Notes under the pieces: generated by a model | Database searches by the model: none | What the model was told of the DNA's origin: nothing | The model's input: the letters and a program-made list of their open reading frames with translations, nothing else | Translations under genes and position numbers: made by a program | Part shown: in pieces, positions 22,927 to 38,702 of the stretch | How the letters are laid out: each line of letters opens with the position of its first letter | Position numbering within the stretch: the first letter of the stretch is position 1 | Source: Yuukianura sp. NJ FZ-2021 | Taxonomy: Eukaryota | Length of the DNA stretch: 64,000 bases | Assembly (NCBI GenBank): GCA_046563655.1 | Contig: CM102283.1 | Coordinates: 3,720,001 to 3,784,000 of the forward strand | Reading direction: 5' to 3'

Positions 22927-25577
22927 ATGAATTGTGGAGTGACTATGCGAGAGAAGCGAGGTTCCAGGTTGTCCAGGATGTCTTTTGGTGAGCGTGGACC
23001 GTTCCTTGATCCATTTCTGTCAGTCAATCCCTGTTGCTGCTGCTGTGGTGCCGTGTCAATTACAAACGGAATCAAAACTGTCGCTACAGTTTCAATGGTA
23101 AGATCAATTCCAAAAAAAAAAGTTTCAAAAAAATATGTTCTAATTTTCAAATTTTCTGTTGTCATGTTTTTGGTTGGTTAGGTTAGTTAAGCCTTCTGAA
23201 CTTTTCACAAGGGATTATGTTGAAGACGTTGTAAAAACGCGCCCAATTAGCAATTCGAATTCCCGCGCTTTCCCTGGAACTCATTTTCCCATTGTCCTAA
23301 TTCTGCTTAATCCCAGCTCAACTGTCTTGGCGGGAGAATTCTAAAAGGCATGAGAATTTGAGAATTCTTGACTTTTCTGCAGAATTCTTTGACTTTGAGA
23401 AAGAATTCTGAGAAATTTCGGGAGAATTGTGAATTGTAATTGAATTTAAATGTTGAAATGAGTGGCGGGAAGACTTAAAATTCAATTCAGAGTGAAAGAT
23501 GAAGACTTTCGGTGGAGAAAGTTGTGGAAGTAATGAGACAGTCGATATGGAGGGACCTTCTGTGTTGCGTTGGCTGCTTTTTCTTTGCTTAAAGTTTAAC
23601 AAAAACTTTGTTCTAATTTTTCTTCTCCTTTCGAATATTTAATTTTGTTTCAAAAGACCTTTTGACATGAACCACAAGAGGCCTACTAACTTTTTTTTTC
23701 TTAAGGCGAAAAACAAAGACAAAAAAAAGAAGAAAAAGGTTGGTAGCGGTTTCAAAAACTTTTCTCATAAAGTTTTTCTCGAGAAAACTTTTCTTCTTTA
23801 CGGAAGAAACAAACTGCCTGTAATCATTCACTGCCCATTCAATAATTTAGTTTACTCTAGTTTCAGTTTGCGCAACTCCAAAAAAAAGTTTCACAAAAAC
23901 GAAAAAGTATTATTTTTTTCTTGTCTAAGATTTCGAATTTTTTGAAAAAACGGAAGAAATGTTGAGGATTTCTTTGTGTGGCTTAAACGTGCCGCCATAG
24001 AATTTAATTTCTTTGGAAAAAATTCATTTTCGTGTTTTAAATTTTTTATTTCTCTGGAACTAATTTCCATTTGTGAATTAAAACTCTCCAAAAATGAGTT
24101 TTTAATTTCTGCTGGTTTAAAAGTGAATTCTGTTTGGAAATGAAAATAATGAGATGTGTTTTGTCTTTGACTTGGAAAAGTTAGTTCCTGAACCGCAGCT
24201 TTTATTTGACTTTGAGTGAAAGACTAATTCGTTCCACTTTTTCCCCAGTTTTGTTCATTCTCCTGTGCAGTTTTAATGAAAACCAAAACTCGAGAGAGAC
24301 TTTTTGTCTTCCGGTGGTTGGAGAAAAGTAATTAAAGTTGCGTTAACTCCTCCGCAAGGCACGACCATTTACTCCTTTTCAATTATTCACCCACTTCCCA
24401 CTTACTTCAAAACAACCAAAACACAAACTACTTTGGTCAAAAACACATTTCAAAACTACCGCCTTTTACCACCTTCATCTCCCGAAGGCAAATTTAAGCA
24501 CTAAAACCAACTTTCACCTTTATATTATTAACTATAAACACTCCAAAATTCAGCACATTAACATTCTCTTTTCAAAAAAAGAGTTAATGAAATCGAGAGA
24601 AAAGATCATGAAACTTCAAAATTTCACAAGAAAATCTCTGGAACTTTTTTTTATGGCGGCTGACAAGTGCCCAGTAATTTTTAGTTTCTAATTTTTTCAA
24701 TCTTTTTCTAAAGACATTTCTTAAATTTTAGATTGTGTCTGCTTGTTACCTGGTGATGGGATGCTGGTTTGCATTTTCTGCACTCATGGTGGGTGATGAC
24801 CCTGTGCTCACCCCTGCAAAACCCCTCAAAACCCCCGACGACGAATCCATCCCCGCCAGCACCGAAAACCTCATGAATATTCTCCTCATCTGCTCCATCA
24901 CGAACATCGCCGGAGGAGCAGTTCGGTTTCTAGCTTCACTCTTCCTCCTCAAATCAGCAGAGAAGGTGAGCCACATGATCTCTTGACCCCAGTTGGCAGT
25001 TTGTTGACTGGAGGCTGATAGCTCATGGGTTAGAGTGCTTCCCGGATAGAAGAGACGTGTGTTCGATTCCCGCTCGGAACATTATTTTTTTACACTCTCG
25101 TTCTTTGTGTCTCAAGCAATGTGACACCTTGTGGCGTTTAGGATGAGGATTGCCTTCCAATTGCTCCATACTTTGAAAATTTACAGACTTGGAGCTGATA
25201 GCTCAGGGGTTAGAGTGCCTCCCGGCCAGAAGAGATGTGGGTTCAAATCCCACTCGGTCCCTATTTTTTTTACACTGCCGTTGCTTGTGTCTCAACGCCT
25301 GTGACCCCTGAACGTGACTTCAACTCAGTTTGTGTTTCAGGAGACGAAGACTCCAGCCAAAGTGTGGTGCGGGATGACGTTTAGCCTGGTGATTGTGGTG
25401 ACTGCGGTGGTGCTTGCGGCGTCGCAGAAGCATCCCGAGGTCATCCACTCCCTCACGATGGAGGTTTTCTTGAGTCTGGCAGCAGTGGACTTCCTCCTCC
25501 TCCTCTACTTCCTCTGGGTCATCATCGTCTTTGTCAAGGAGGCCATTGACATGCCAGGGTTACAGCCATGCGCATAG
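22927..25577 (+). CDS. Small multi-pass membrane protein with CCCCC, paralog 4 (inverted duplicate of paralog 3)
   Basis: Exons 22927(or 22945)-23097, 24732-24965 and 25341-25577, phase 0, GT-AG. Confidence 0.85.
25010..25080 (+). ncRNA. tRNA-like unit in intron 2 of paralog 4 (proximal copy)
   Basis: GGAGGCTGATAGCTCATGGGTTAGAGTGCTTCCCGGATAGAAGAGACGTGTGTTCGATTCCCGCTCGGAAC followed by a T run. Confidence 0.65.
25191..25261 (+). ncRNA. tRNA-like unit in intron 2 of paralog 4 (distal copy)
   Basis: GGAGCTGATAGCTCAGGGGTTAGAGTGCCTCCCGGCCAGAAGAGATGTGGGTTCAAATCCCACTCGGTCCC followed by T8. Confidence 0.7.
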
Positions 25578-26468
25578 AAAAAAAAAACTTGTGCGCATCT
25601 TGAAGAAAAAGTTGTGTACATCTTACTTCCAACGTTATTTGAATGTTTCTTGACCTTTGAACTAAAAGTTTAATATGGAGGGTTTGTTGTTTCAGATTTT
25701 TGTAAAGCTGGTCTTTACACAGTCGAAAGGAGTCTCGACTTTGAAATTGTTACAATTGCGCATAGAAATTATTTTAATCATTGCTAGTCTTCTATAAATT
25801 TTAATTAATTAAATTGATTAATTATTTAACTAATTAGTTAGGTGATTGCTGCACTCAATGCCTGAGATAACAGAAGAACAACGCAAAACTAAACATTAGT
25901 TTCAACATATTTTGTAAACGAGTGTACCTGGAAAGTTGTGCATTTCAGAATTTACGAATTTTTTGAATTTTTCAACCAAGATTTCGAAATTTCGATTTTT
26001 TTTTGCGGCGGGTGGGACTAAATTTGTTGTTGTAATTGTCTTGCTTTTTATTTAAAAACATATAGAGGCTGGTAAAGAGAAATGTTTGACTTCAAAATCT
26101 TATTCGTTTGGAAAAATGGAATGATCAGGGACACAAAGTACAATATATTTAAATATATTATATTGTATTATAAAATTTAGACACCTAACAGTAAGCTAAT
26201 CTAAACTCAATTATAATTCAACTTAAAACCCGACTGCTGCAATTCCAAACCGTTGTGAAAATTCTTTCCACTTCAAGTTGTTTAAAATTTCAGCTAAAAA
26301 GTGATTTTGAAAAAGTCATTGATCTCTTAAATGGCGTGACCCGCAGAGGTCACAAGGTGACTTTAATTATAGTTCACTTAATTAGTTAATGCTTTCTCTG
26401 TGATTTGATACTTCTGGAGACTCTTGCAAGCTTAGCTTAAGAACAAATAAAAAAATGACTAACCTCAA

Positions 26469-26750
26469 GTGGGTGTTAACGGGTATTTGATGGGTGTTAT
26501 CGGGTGTTTTATGAGTGTTATCGGGTGTTTTATGAGTGTTATCGGGTGTTTTATGGGTGTTATCGGATGTTTTACGAAAGATTTTAGGCGGATATTTTGT
26601 ATTATTGAGTGTTTTGTGTTATTGGTGTTTTATCTTAAATTTCGATCTGGTGTTTTTGTATTGTCGGGTGTTTTATTGGTTTTATAAGGTGTTTTATGAT
26701 TTTGAACTGGTGTTTTTGTCTTATTGGGTGTTTTGTGTTAGTTTTTGAGC
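26469..26750. repeat. 21-bp minisatellite (GGGTGTTTTATGAGTGTTATC), decaying rightwards
   Basis: Several near-perfect units followed by degenerate ones. Confidence 0.85.
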
Positions 26751-29276
26751 GGTTTTTTTTATTTTTGGGATGAGAAATGAGGAGTGGAGTGGGCATGATT
26801 TATGACAACTTGATTCCCGTTTCTCCTTGCCCTTTGACCTCGTTTTCCCACTCCGTTTTTTCACTCTCGCGCCTTTCTCTTCTTTTTCTACTCGGATGAC
26901 TTCCGACGTGTCAAATTCAGCTCTTTCTTCTTTCATTTCAAAAAAAGACGGAAAAATGTGAAATTTGGTTTTTCTCAAAAAAAAGTGAAGGCGAGTGATC
27001 TTTGTCCGTTTATTCCGAGGAGAATTCCTTCTTTCTCGGTGTTTTTTGTGAAGTGGTCAAAAGGAATGCGAAAAAGAAGATCAAAAAACACAAAAACTAC
27101 TTTTTTCATTTTCGGAAAACTTCTAACATCAAAGACGCCGAAGAATGTTTGTGGTTAAGCAGTACTTTTGTTGTTTGGAAACATTTTAACATGCAAGCAA
27201 AAATGTTGAAGAAAATATTAATCGTAATTTTGAAAAATTAAGATGAAAACAAAAGGTTGGAAATTTTTAGGAAAAAGTTCAGAATTTTCGATTTTCTTTT
27301 TTTACTAAAAAGTTCGAACAAGGAATTCAGTGTGCTGTTTGAGTATCGTCCAAATGTGCTGGAGCAGCAGATTCAATATTTTTGAAAACTGGGGCTCCAA
27401 ATGTGCTGCTCAAGCACATTCAATATTCTTTCTTCCTAAATTTCAAACTCAACGAAGCTGAAGATTCGAAGAGATGGAGATGGAACTTCCAGAGCTCCAG
27501 GGCCCAGATCCACTTTTCAAAAAAACGAAAGAAAAAGCGGGAAAAAAAACTTTCTTAAAAAGTCTTTCCATTTTGGAGCTCCTTTCAAAATCAACCGCCT
27601 CTTTTAAAAAAAATCGAGTTCTTACAACTTCAATTCTGTTTCAAATGCAACAAAGAACGAGAGTCGTTTCAACTTTTGAAAACAGATTTTTTCAAGTTTC
27701 AAAAGTTTTGGAATCTCTTTTTTGTGGAATTTCTTGAAAAAGTGAAAGCAATATGGATAAAACTTTTCAAAAAGGATTTGAATGATTGACAAACGACTTT
27801 AGAACTTTTTTTTCTGAAAAAAAAGAGAACCGATATTGAATTTTTGGATTGACACTACTTCAAAAGTGTTCAAACAAAAAGCACTCCTATGTCCTCAATG
27901 TTAACATGAAACAAGTTTTCAAAATGTTTCAAGTTTTTTGAAAATTGAAATTTTGGATATTGGCGTGACATGTCAAACAAACAACTGAAGATGAAGGACA
28001 TAAAGCAAATCCCTCCGACATTTGTTTCCTTCCTTTGTGTTTCCAATTCCATTGTGCTTCAAAGTAAAAGTAAGTCTTTGTGTATTGTGCCAACTACAAA
28101 GTACGTTGTTGGTAGTTTTTCTTAAAAAAAAAACGAAAAAAGATCTTCGAAAAAACGAAACAACACAAATTGGACTTTTTTGAAAGCGACAAATTGGACA
28201 TTTATAATTCATGACAACACAACAACCACAAACTTTCACTTTCAAAAGGAAAGTGCCACAAAATTTTGCCAAAATGAAAGTAATTTTTAACAAAAGTTTT
28301 TTTGAGTAGCGTAGAATGGATTACTAACAAGCTGCTTTCAAAAAAACGAAAGTGAAATTTTTTAAAATTTTTCTTTCGTTTTTTAATTAGAAAAGCGGAT
28401 CAAATTTCAATGTTTACTCAACGGTGTGTAAGCTTCCCCACATTTCTTTAAAAAAAAAGTTTTTAAAATTTGCATGTTTTTTGTCTTTTTTCTTGTTTTG
28501 AAACAATTTGCATGATAGAATAGACCACTACTTTAATCAGCTTTTTTTTCTGTTCAAACATTAAAATTCCATTTTAAAACATAAATTTTTAAAACGTCTT
28601 TTTGAAAAGGGCTTTTTGTATTAGAAGTGTTTGAAAATAGGAAGTAGAAGGCCATTTATTATTGAAACTTTGAAGTGAGTTCAAGGCTACTCGCGAGTTT
28701 GCATACTGACAGCACAAGGTTAAAAAAAAAGTTTATGTAAATGGCCTTCATTTTGAACTCTAAAAGAAACTCTCTGCCTCTCCAAATGGCCCATTCCAAA
28801 AATTTAGGTTTAAATTTCAAAATTTAAACAACGACTTGACTTGCCCTAATTTTAAAACATGTTTCGCCACTACCATTCATTCCTTTTCCAAGGATTTCCT
28901 TACACTTTCCCTTCTAGGTAGAAATAGTTTTGTCAATTATAGTTTCACTTGAGAATAAAAATATTTGAACATGCAATTTCCTTAGTTTTCAAATTGGTTA
29001 CAGAAATACTTTTCATGTCGACTCGACTCCAATTTTCTTATGAAAACTTTCTCCCCCCTAATTATTTACACAATCTCTATGCAAAACTTTGGAAATGAAA
29101 CTTGAGCAGGCAATTTCCTCAAAAAAAAGTTGAACAAACTCAAATTTTCCTTTTAATTGCAAAAGATCTACACTCAAGCCCGTTTCGACTTGTTAGTTTC
29201 CTAATGAACTACAATTAAAAAAAACCTTTACTTTTCATCTCCGCAAGAGTGGTAGCGTGTTATGCTCAAACAAATG

Positions 29277-29452
29277 GCAGATGGTCGGTTGTCGCAAAGT
29301 GGTCTGTTGTCGCAAAGTGGTCTGTTGTCGTAAAGTAGTCGGTTGTCGCAAAGTGGTCTGTTGTCGCAAAGTGGTCTGTTGTCATAAAGTGCGGTCGGTG
29401 GTCGTGAAGTTATAGATGGTCGTAAAGTTGTAGGTGGTCGTGAAGTGGTCGT
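29277..29452. repeat. 18/19-bp minisatellite (AAGTGGTCTGTTGTCGCA)
   Basis: About 9 tandem units. Confidence 0.85.
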
Positions 29453-32400
29453 TAATTAACAGAAATCTTTGAGTGCCTGAGTTGAGCCTAACCTGTTTCT
29501 GGTAAGTTCTGGTAAGTTTCTTATAATTTCTGGTAACTTTGTTGACTTTGGCTTAATTTACGACAAAATGTTTCCTGAATCAAATACAAGAAACCCAAGC
29601 TAAAAATGAGAAAAAAACAGGAGGAATGGATTTTATGAGTTTTTTTTTAATGGATGGCGTGCAAAGAGAGAAAGAGTGAAAGCTTTTAGGAGAAAGTGAT
29701 TGAGTAAAGAGGAAATTAAACTAGACTTCTAGTTTCATTCATTCATAAGTCACACACTTTCCATGTACCCATGCCACTTTCTAATAAAAAAAGATTACTT
29801 TTTCAAAAAAAAGTTGGAAAAAAGTGTGATACTGAACAGTTCTGCTTCTTTTCACACTCAAAGTGTCCATTAACTTTCAAATTTAGCAAATTTAGATTAC
29901 TTTCCAACTCTAATTTCATTACAGTCGCAACTTTTTCTTTTTCCATCATTCTCCAAATATTGGCACGAAGAGGAAAATTTTACTTGGGGCAAAGTGAGAC
30001 TCTGTTCAAAATTGGCACAAAATTTGTTTAAGAATGGCGCCAAAATAGTTTTTCAAAAAAAGGTGTCAGTGTTGCTAAATTTCCCCGAGGTTACGTTAAC
30101 TTGGTTTTCAGAAAATCCATCATTTAAAATTTCCCGCTTCGATTCAAAATTTTGAAACTCCGATTCTCTCCTCCTACCAAGTATAATAAAAATCCATTTA
30201 CGTCTCAAGAGGCCGTAAATTCAAATTGAAATTTACGATTTACGGATTTACGAATCCACCCCGACGTGAATTTTTGTATATTTCTTTGAATAAAGCAAAA
30301 CTGGAACTGCAGGATTTCCAATTTCAGGAATTTCTTAAGAAAATGAAAAATACGGTAGAAAATCTTTGATTTTGAAATGGAACAGGAGCTAGAAAGTTTA
30401 GAAAGTGGAGAGTACAAAATTTGATTTTGGTGACGCGGGATTTTTTGAAAGTTGTAAAAGTAGTTTGTATGCTTGGTTTAGTTTATTGAATAAAAGTATA
30501 GGAAGTGTCAGGGGATTTGTCGTTATAAGTTGTCCAAGAGAACCAAAACTGACAGGGATTTTCTGTTTTTCTTCTCATTCGAATTCCTCCAGGAAATTGT
30601 AAACTCTGCCTAAAGATCTTGATCCTACTTCCAGAAAAAAAAAAGAAGAAAAACGAAAAATAACTGAACTATTTGTGTCTCCAATTTCAAACTTTTGTAC
30701 ATTCTATGCACTACATTTTATGTACATTTTATATGGTACACACCCCACTAAAATCTGAAACTTTATTCCTCTGAGTCGCTAAAATTCCCTTAAAAACTCA
30801 CAGCCACAAAAATAACTGAAATTTTCACTTTCTCTTACAGAATTTTTACTTTTTGAACTTTTTTTTTCTAAAAAAATGCTTTTGAGATGGATATTTTTTG
30901 ACAAGGGCTGGCCGCCCCTTGACAGAAGATGGATTGAGACAAGTCATTTTTTCCATTTTTCTCTTTATGAAAAATTTGAAATGTCCGCCTTCCTCTTTTT
31001 CTCTTTTTCTGACAGATCGAAGAATGTGGCAGGGAAAAAAGGAAACCTTGCGCAATTTGGACAGGTAGAGACTCGTTTCTCATTCTGCTCGTTTCCTGGC
31101 TGACTTTTCTCAGGAAAAAAGAGAAGGGAGAGGAATCGTGCGGGGAGAAGAGAGAGTTGGTGTAATTTAGTTCCTTTGTTGAAGGAAATAATTGAAGTTG
31201 GCGGAAGTTGTAAGTAAGAGAAGGACTAGACTCTCAATAAACAACGGAGAAAGTGATAGGAGAAATCATGGATTGAGTCTCCCTCCATTGGGAATCATGA
31301 CCGTCTTCATATTTTATAATGGTCCTCCAGAGACTTCTCCTACAGTACGACTTCCTTCTCAGACAATTCTGGAGAAATTGGTGCAAATTGGTCAAAAGTA
31401 CATTTGGTCAACAGCAAATTGGGCAAAATGACAACTGTCCTACAAGCGACGTCCTGAACAACATGAATTCAGTTGAGTTTTTGTTTCTATCTCGTCTAAA
31501 GTTTGATTTCAATTGAATTTTTAAACGTTTAAATGTTTGATAAACAAATAATTCACAAACTTATGCTGTTTCGGAATCACGCTAACCTAAGATCTCATTG
31601 GTATTATAACAGATACATGCTCAATTTTGAGTACTAATGTTGAACTTTTTGGTTTTGACTAATTTGCAATTGAGCGAAATGACTCAGTTGAACCATAATT
31701 TGGTGGAATGTTCTTAAGTTGAACCGATAGAACGAAGTTCCGCTGAGGGGCAACGGAAATGTTGTTAGAAAGCTCCCTGCTCGTTTCTCTTTTAAAAATT
31801 ATTATTTGAACAAATCCAATCACAATTCTCTTTGTTCCAATTTTTCAAAAAAGACTTTCACATCTCTTATCATTTTCATCTTTAAAAAAAATGAAAAAGA
31901 GTTAACATCATAGAAATGACATTACACTCTCCAGGCATTTTTCAGAAAGAGAAAGTAAAAAAAAAACGAACTGCAACTTTTTGCATAGAATTTTTAATAA
32001 TGTTAAATCTTTGTCTTTGTCATACATTCCAAAATCCTGTCTTTCAAATATTTCAACTTGAGAATTTTTTATTTCTTTTTGCCCCAATTTTACAGAAACT
32101 TTTACTTTCAAATTTTTTCCTTTCCCGGAATGCCCTCGTTTTTCTTTGTGTCAGTGGAGCATCTTCGCTTTGCCTGCTTAAGCCACTTTCTCCTTGTGCA
32201 TGTCTTGTAGTATAGTGTCAAAATTTGAAGTTAGCCGCCAAGCGGCGGAACTTTGAGCCACCATTAGGCTCCTCCTCCTGGTGGCTCAGTGACTTGATGG
32301 GAACTGTAAGGGGCCCCGCCACAATCAATACATTGATCTCAAGGCAGCTCCTGCTTTCTCCAGGAAATGAGGGTCCGTTAAGCCTCAACCATTTCAAAAA

Positions 32401-33280
32401 ATCCCGCTCTTTTTTTTCTTAAAAAAATTTCAAACTACTTTTTGAAGTCTTGTGCCTCAAGTCCTCGGTTTTCAACTTTGGCTTCAAATGTGGGTCAGAA
32501 GAACAGTGCTCTCGGTGGTCGTAAAATTTACGACGGCGTCTCACGTGACCTTGAAAAAAGAGAAACAAGAGAACGAGGTTACAGCCAGATTCAAAAGAGC
32601 GCCTTTTCGCGCCATTTCAAAATTTGAAATTGGAAATTCTCGAGATACAGAGTCATTATCATTATCATTTGGAGTGTAAAAGTCATTATTTCGGATTTCC
32701 AAATCGCTTTCTCCCTGGAAACCCGGGAATTCTTGGAATAAGTTGAGATTAGGTTATGTTAGGCTGCTTTTGAAGTTATAAGGTTATGCCGATGTAAAGT
32801 AGCAAAAAGAGGTTTGTCCTTTTCCTAATGAGCATTTGGCATTAGTGATGCAATCAGACCTGCTGTCTCTGCTTTTGGCGCATTCCTTCTTTTGTATAAA
32901 ATCTTCGGGAAACAGAGATTTTATGAAAATGGGAATAAATTTTGAGATGTACTAAAACAAAGTTTTTGAACTTTGCGTGCTAAATCTGTCAGACTCAGAG
33001 CAAGAAAAGTTTTAAGTTTCAGTTAAACTTTTCCGAGTTCAGAAAGTTTGAAGTAAACACTGGAATTTAGCAGATTTGGGATTTGTGAGAAGGTCTTCAA
33101 AGCAATTAAACTTTGTCCAAAATTTATTGAATTCAAATGTCAAATATGCTGAAAAAAAAACTTAAAAGTTCTGCGTTCAATCTAGACAAATGCATAGTAA
33201 ACAAAACTTGGGGCGAAGTCCCAGCACGCAAACGTAGCATGCTGGTTAAAACTAATAAAAATAATAATTAAAAAGTTAAA

Positions 33281-35060
33281 TTAATGTAAAATTTTTTGTA
33301 GTCGGACAGTAATGCCCCCACGTGGTTTGAGTACACTGGACAACATGAAGGTTGGATTTCGTGCACAATTTGGTGACGGGTCAATTTGGAAATGGTTGAC
33401 CAAGTTGGCAATGACAATTTTGGCTTCAGTTAGAGCAAACCGCATTCCTAGAATTTAAAAATCAAAATTTTGAAAATTTCAATTTTCAAAGTTATTTTAG
33501 GAACGCACCAATGCAGTTACGTGGTCCGTGTCCAAATGGTAAAAAAGTGTAGGGATGAATGTTATTTCGGTTTTTGGCAGAAAATCTTTCGGGGTCAAAT
33601 TTTTTTGGATTTGGAAAAAAAATTTGGTCGTGATGCAAACCATGAATGGGAATAGACACGATGTCGCCTCTTTTTAACACAAATTCTGTTCCTGGAATGT
33701 TGTAGTCTGATTCACTCGCACGATCCACAAATGCCACTGGAGGATAGAGTCTTAGAGTTTCTAAAAATTTCAAAATTTTTTACAATTTTGAACTTTTTTG
33801 AAATTTTTTAAAGTATAGTACCGTTGACAACCATGTCCAGATAAGGCATGTCACTTAGATCATCATAGGAAATGACTCCGAAATTTTCTCTTGCAGTAAA
33901 TTTAATTTCGGCACGCAACTTCTCTTGAATTTGTTGATTCTGCGCAAGTTCGTGCGCACAAAACAGTAAAAGTGAATGTGTCGTTTCGTATCCTGCAATG
34001 ACAAACTGGAGACAGTTGGACACAATCCCTTCGTCATCCAAAACATCCAAAATTTTGACCCGTTTTGAGTCAATTTCGGTTTTCAAAATTGCCTCTTTTT
34101 CGAAATCGCCTAATTCAAAATCTTCAGTTTTCAAAGTTCCCGCTCTGGATTCCAGCATTAACTGGATAAAATCCTGCCGTTTTTCTTGTGTAAACTGTCG
34201 GTGCTGAATTACGTCTTTGATTGTTTTGGTGAAAAAGTCTTGCACCTAGAAAACCAAAAATTTTAAAAAATGAAAATTTTGAAAAGTGAAAATTGTTAGA
34301 CCAAAACTTTTCGACTCACCTCTTTTTTGAAAAGTGCAATTTCTAAAAAGTTGGTGAGTTTTCGTGGTAGTACGGCCATTGCCAACATTTTCATTAGAAA
34401 AAGTCCACCAATTTCAAACCGAAGTTTTGTAACAACTTTTTCAAAAACAGAAGACTCTTGTTGTTCAAAGGCTTGACTATCAATGCCACAAGCCGCCGAA
34501 GCAATAATATCCATAGTAAATTTGGAATATCCTTCACTCAACTCAATTTCTCCGTTTTTTGAATTTTCTATTTCCAATTCCCAAAATTTTATCAACTTTT
34601 GTCCACTTTGTTCAAAAAGTTTAAACATTCTTTTGATTTTTCCCGTTGTAAAAGTAGGACTTAATTTTGTTCTAAGGAGTTTCCATTTTTCACCTCCTAT
34701 CAAAAACAACATTTTATGAAACAAGTAGTCCGTTTTTCCTATAAAAAGTTCCCGCCGATCAAAAAAATTTTCAAAATCTTTGACCATGATTAGTCTCAGT
34801 AAATCTGGATCAGCTACAGTTAAAGTTGTGAGTCCAAAGTCTCTTGAAACGCCAATTTTTTTGCCGCTCTTTTTAATTTTCAAGTATTGCTTCAAAACGT
34901 CTGTTACTTGTGTCGTTCCTAAAATTGCGTTTAAAAGTAAACGTAAATTTCCGTTCCCCAAGTACGTTAGTCCTTTGGACTCGTAAAATTTTCTGTTTGA
35001 CTGCTCTTGAATAAGAAAAAGCAAAAAAATCGTCACAAAAAATATCAAAATTGGCCACAT
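33281..35060 (-). CDS. Cytochrome P450, CYP3 clan (CYP6/CYP9-like), copy A, 4 exons
   Basis: N-terminal TM anchor, WKLLRTKLSPTFT, AGYETT, ETLR, PERF, PFGHGPRNCIGMRFA. Confidence 0.95.
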
Positions 35061-35150
35061 TTTGTCTTTGTTTTTAACTTCTTTTTTTTTTTTCAAATAA
35101 GTCAAAATGAATAAAATTTTATGCTTTTGCGTAGCGCTAGGTTACTTATA

Positions 35151-35322
35151 AGCCTAATTTATACTTTTCGTTTCCCTGGCGTTTCCCGGGCAAAAGTTTG
35201 TCGTAGGACACGATTTTAACGAAAACTTCATGACGTTTGTATTTAAAATTCGGTTGTTATAGACGTCTACGACAAACTTTTGCCCGGGAGACGTCAGGGA
35301 AACGAAAAGTATAAATTGGGCT
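35151..35322. mobile_element. MITE with ~55-bp TIRs upstream of CYP copy A
   Basis: AGCCTAATTTATACTTTTCGTTTCCCTGGCGTTTCCCGGGCAAAAGTTTGTCGTAG and its near-perfect reverse complement at ~35267-35322. Confidence 0.8.
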
Positions 35323-35746
35323 ATATAGCAAATTCTTTGAGGAAAATTCTGTTTCATGTTGACCAGTTTTTGTTTTGGATTAAAAATGGTTTTTCAACAT
35401 TTCATTCTGGAAGTGTGGGTGACATTGAGCAAGAATTTTTTTTTATAACTTTTTTGCTGTAGTGTAAAGTACAATTAAAGTGCCAAAGTGGATTCATCGT
35501 TTACGTGCACATTTTGATTCAAAAAGTGGTAAACAATAATTAAAATTTCAAATAATGCTAAATAAAAATTCAAAAACCTACTTTTGTTTTCCAGTTTTGG
35601 AAACGAGTTACATTTAAAACTACGCAGTCGTTTAACCTTGATTTTTTCCGCCACAATAAATTAAAACTGTGAAAAATGTGAGGTTCTGCTAAAATTTTAA
35701 TTAACATAAACTGTTTTTGTATCAGTAATTTTTTTTCAAGTTTTTT

Positions 35747-38172
<2,426 letters not shown>

Positions 38173-38702
38173 TTTAAAAAAATGTTTGAGAAACTGAAAA
38201 TTTAAAACAATTTAGTGCTCCACTATTACTGTGAAGCCGTGAATTGAGTTTGTCTGTTTTATAAACCAAGTTGAACTAACTAGTGCAATTTTGACAATTT
38301 AGTTGACGTGTTTTTGTCATACTGAAATCGTTTTTTCAAGTGCTGATAATATTTTCGTCGTAAACCTGCTGGACATGACTAATAATTATTGTGAAATTAC
38401 AGATTAATTTCATTGTCATTTTAGAAATGTCAAAAAAAGGTTTTGACAATTTACATTCATTTCCACTCGACTCAAACAATCACTTTATCTCCTTTGATTC
38501 TTTTGTCCTTGATCGTTTGTCCAGTCCAAATAGTATTTTACGTTGCTTATAGCTTTTACAACTAAAAATTTTTTAACGGATTAAATATAGTGTTTTCACT
38601 TATTTCATTATTGTTAGATTTGATTTCGACAATTTGATTTCTCAACTACGAGTGCTCCATTTTAGTGCAACTTTTTGAAAAATTGATGCGAAATTTATGA
38701 AT

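Larger units (their letters stand above)
20080..25720. repeat. Right arm of inverted segmental duplication (partner ~7670-11400)
   Basis: Reverse-complement match to the left arm, interrupted by a 450-bp hAT-type insert and a 1.6-kb intron 1. Confidence 0.9.

Noticed and set aside
29277-29452. Regular repeats as a CRISPR-like array (also 26469-26750 and 63058-63352)
   Set aside because: No unique spacers between identical repeats, no cas genes, eukaryotic context; these are minisatellites.
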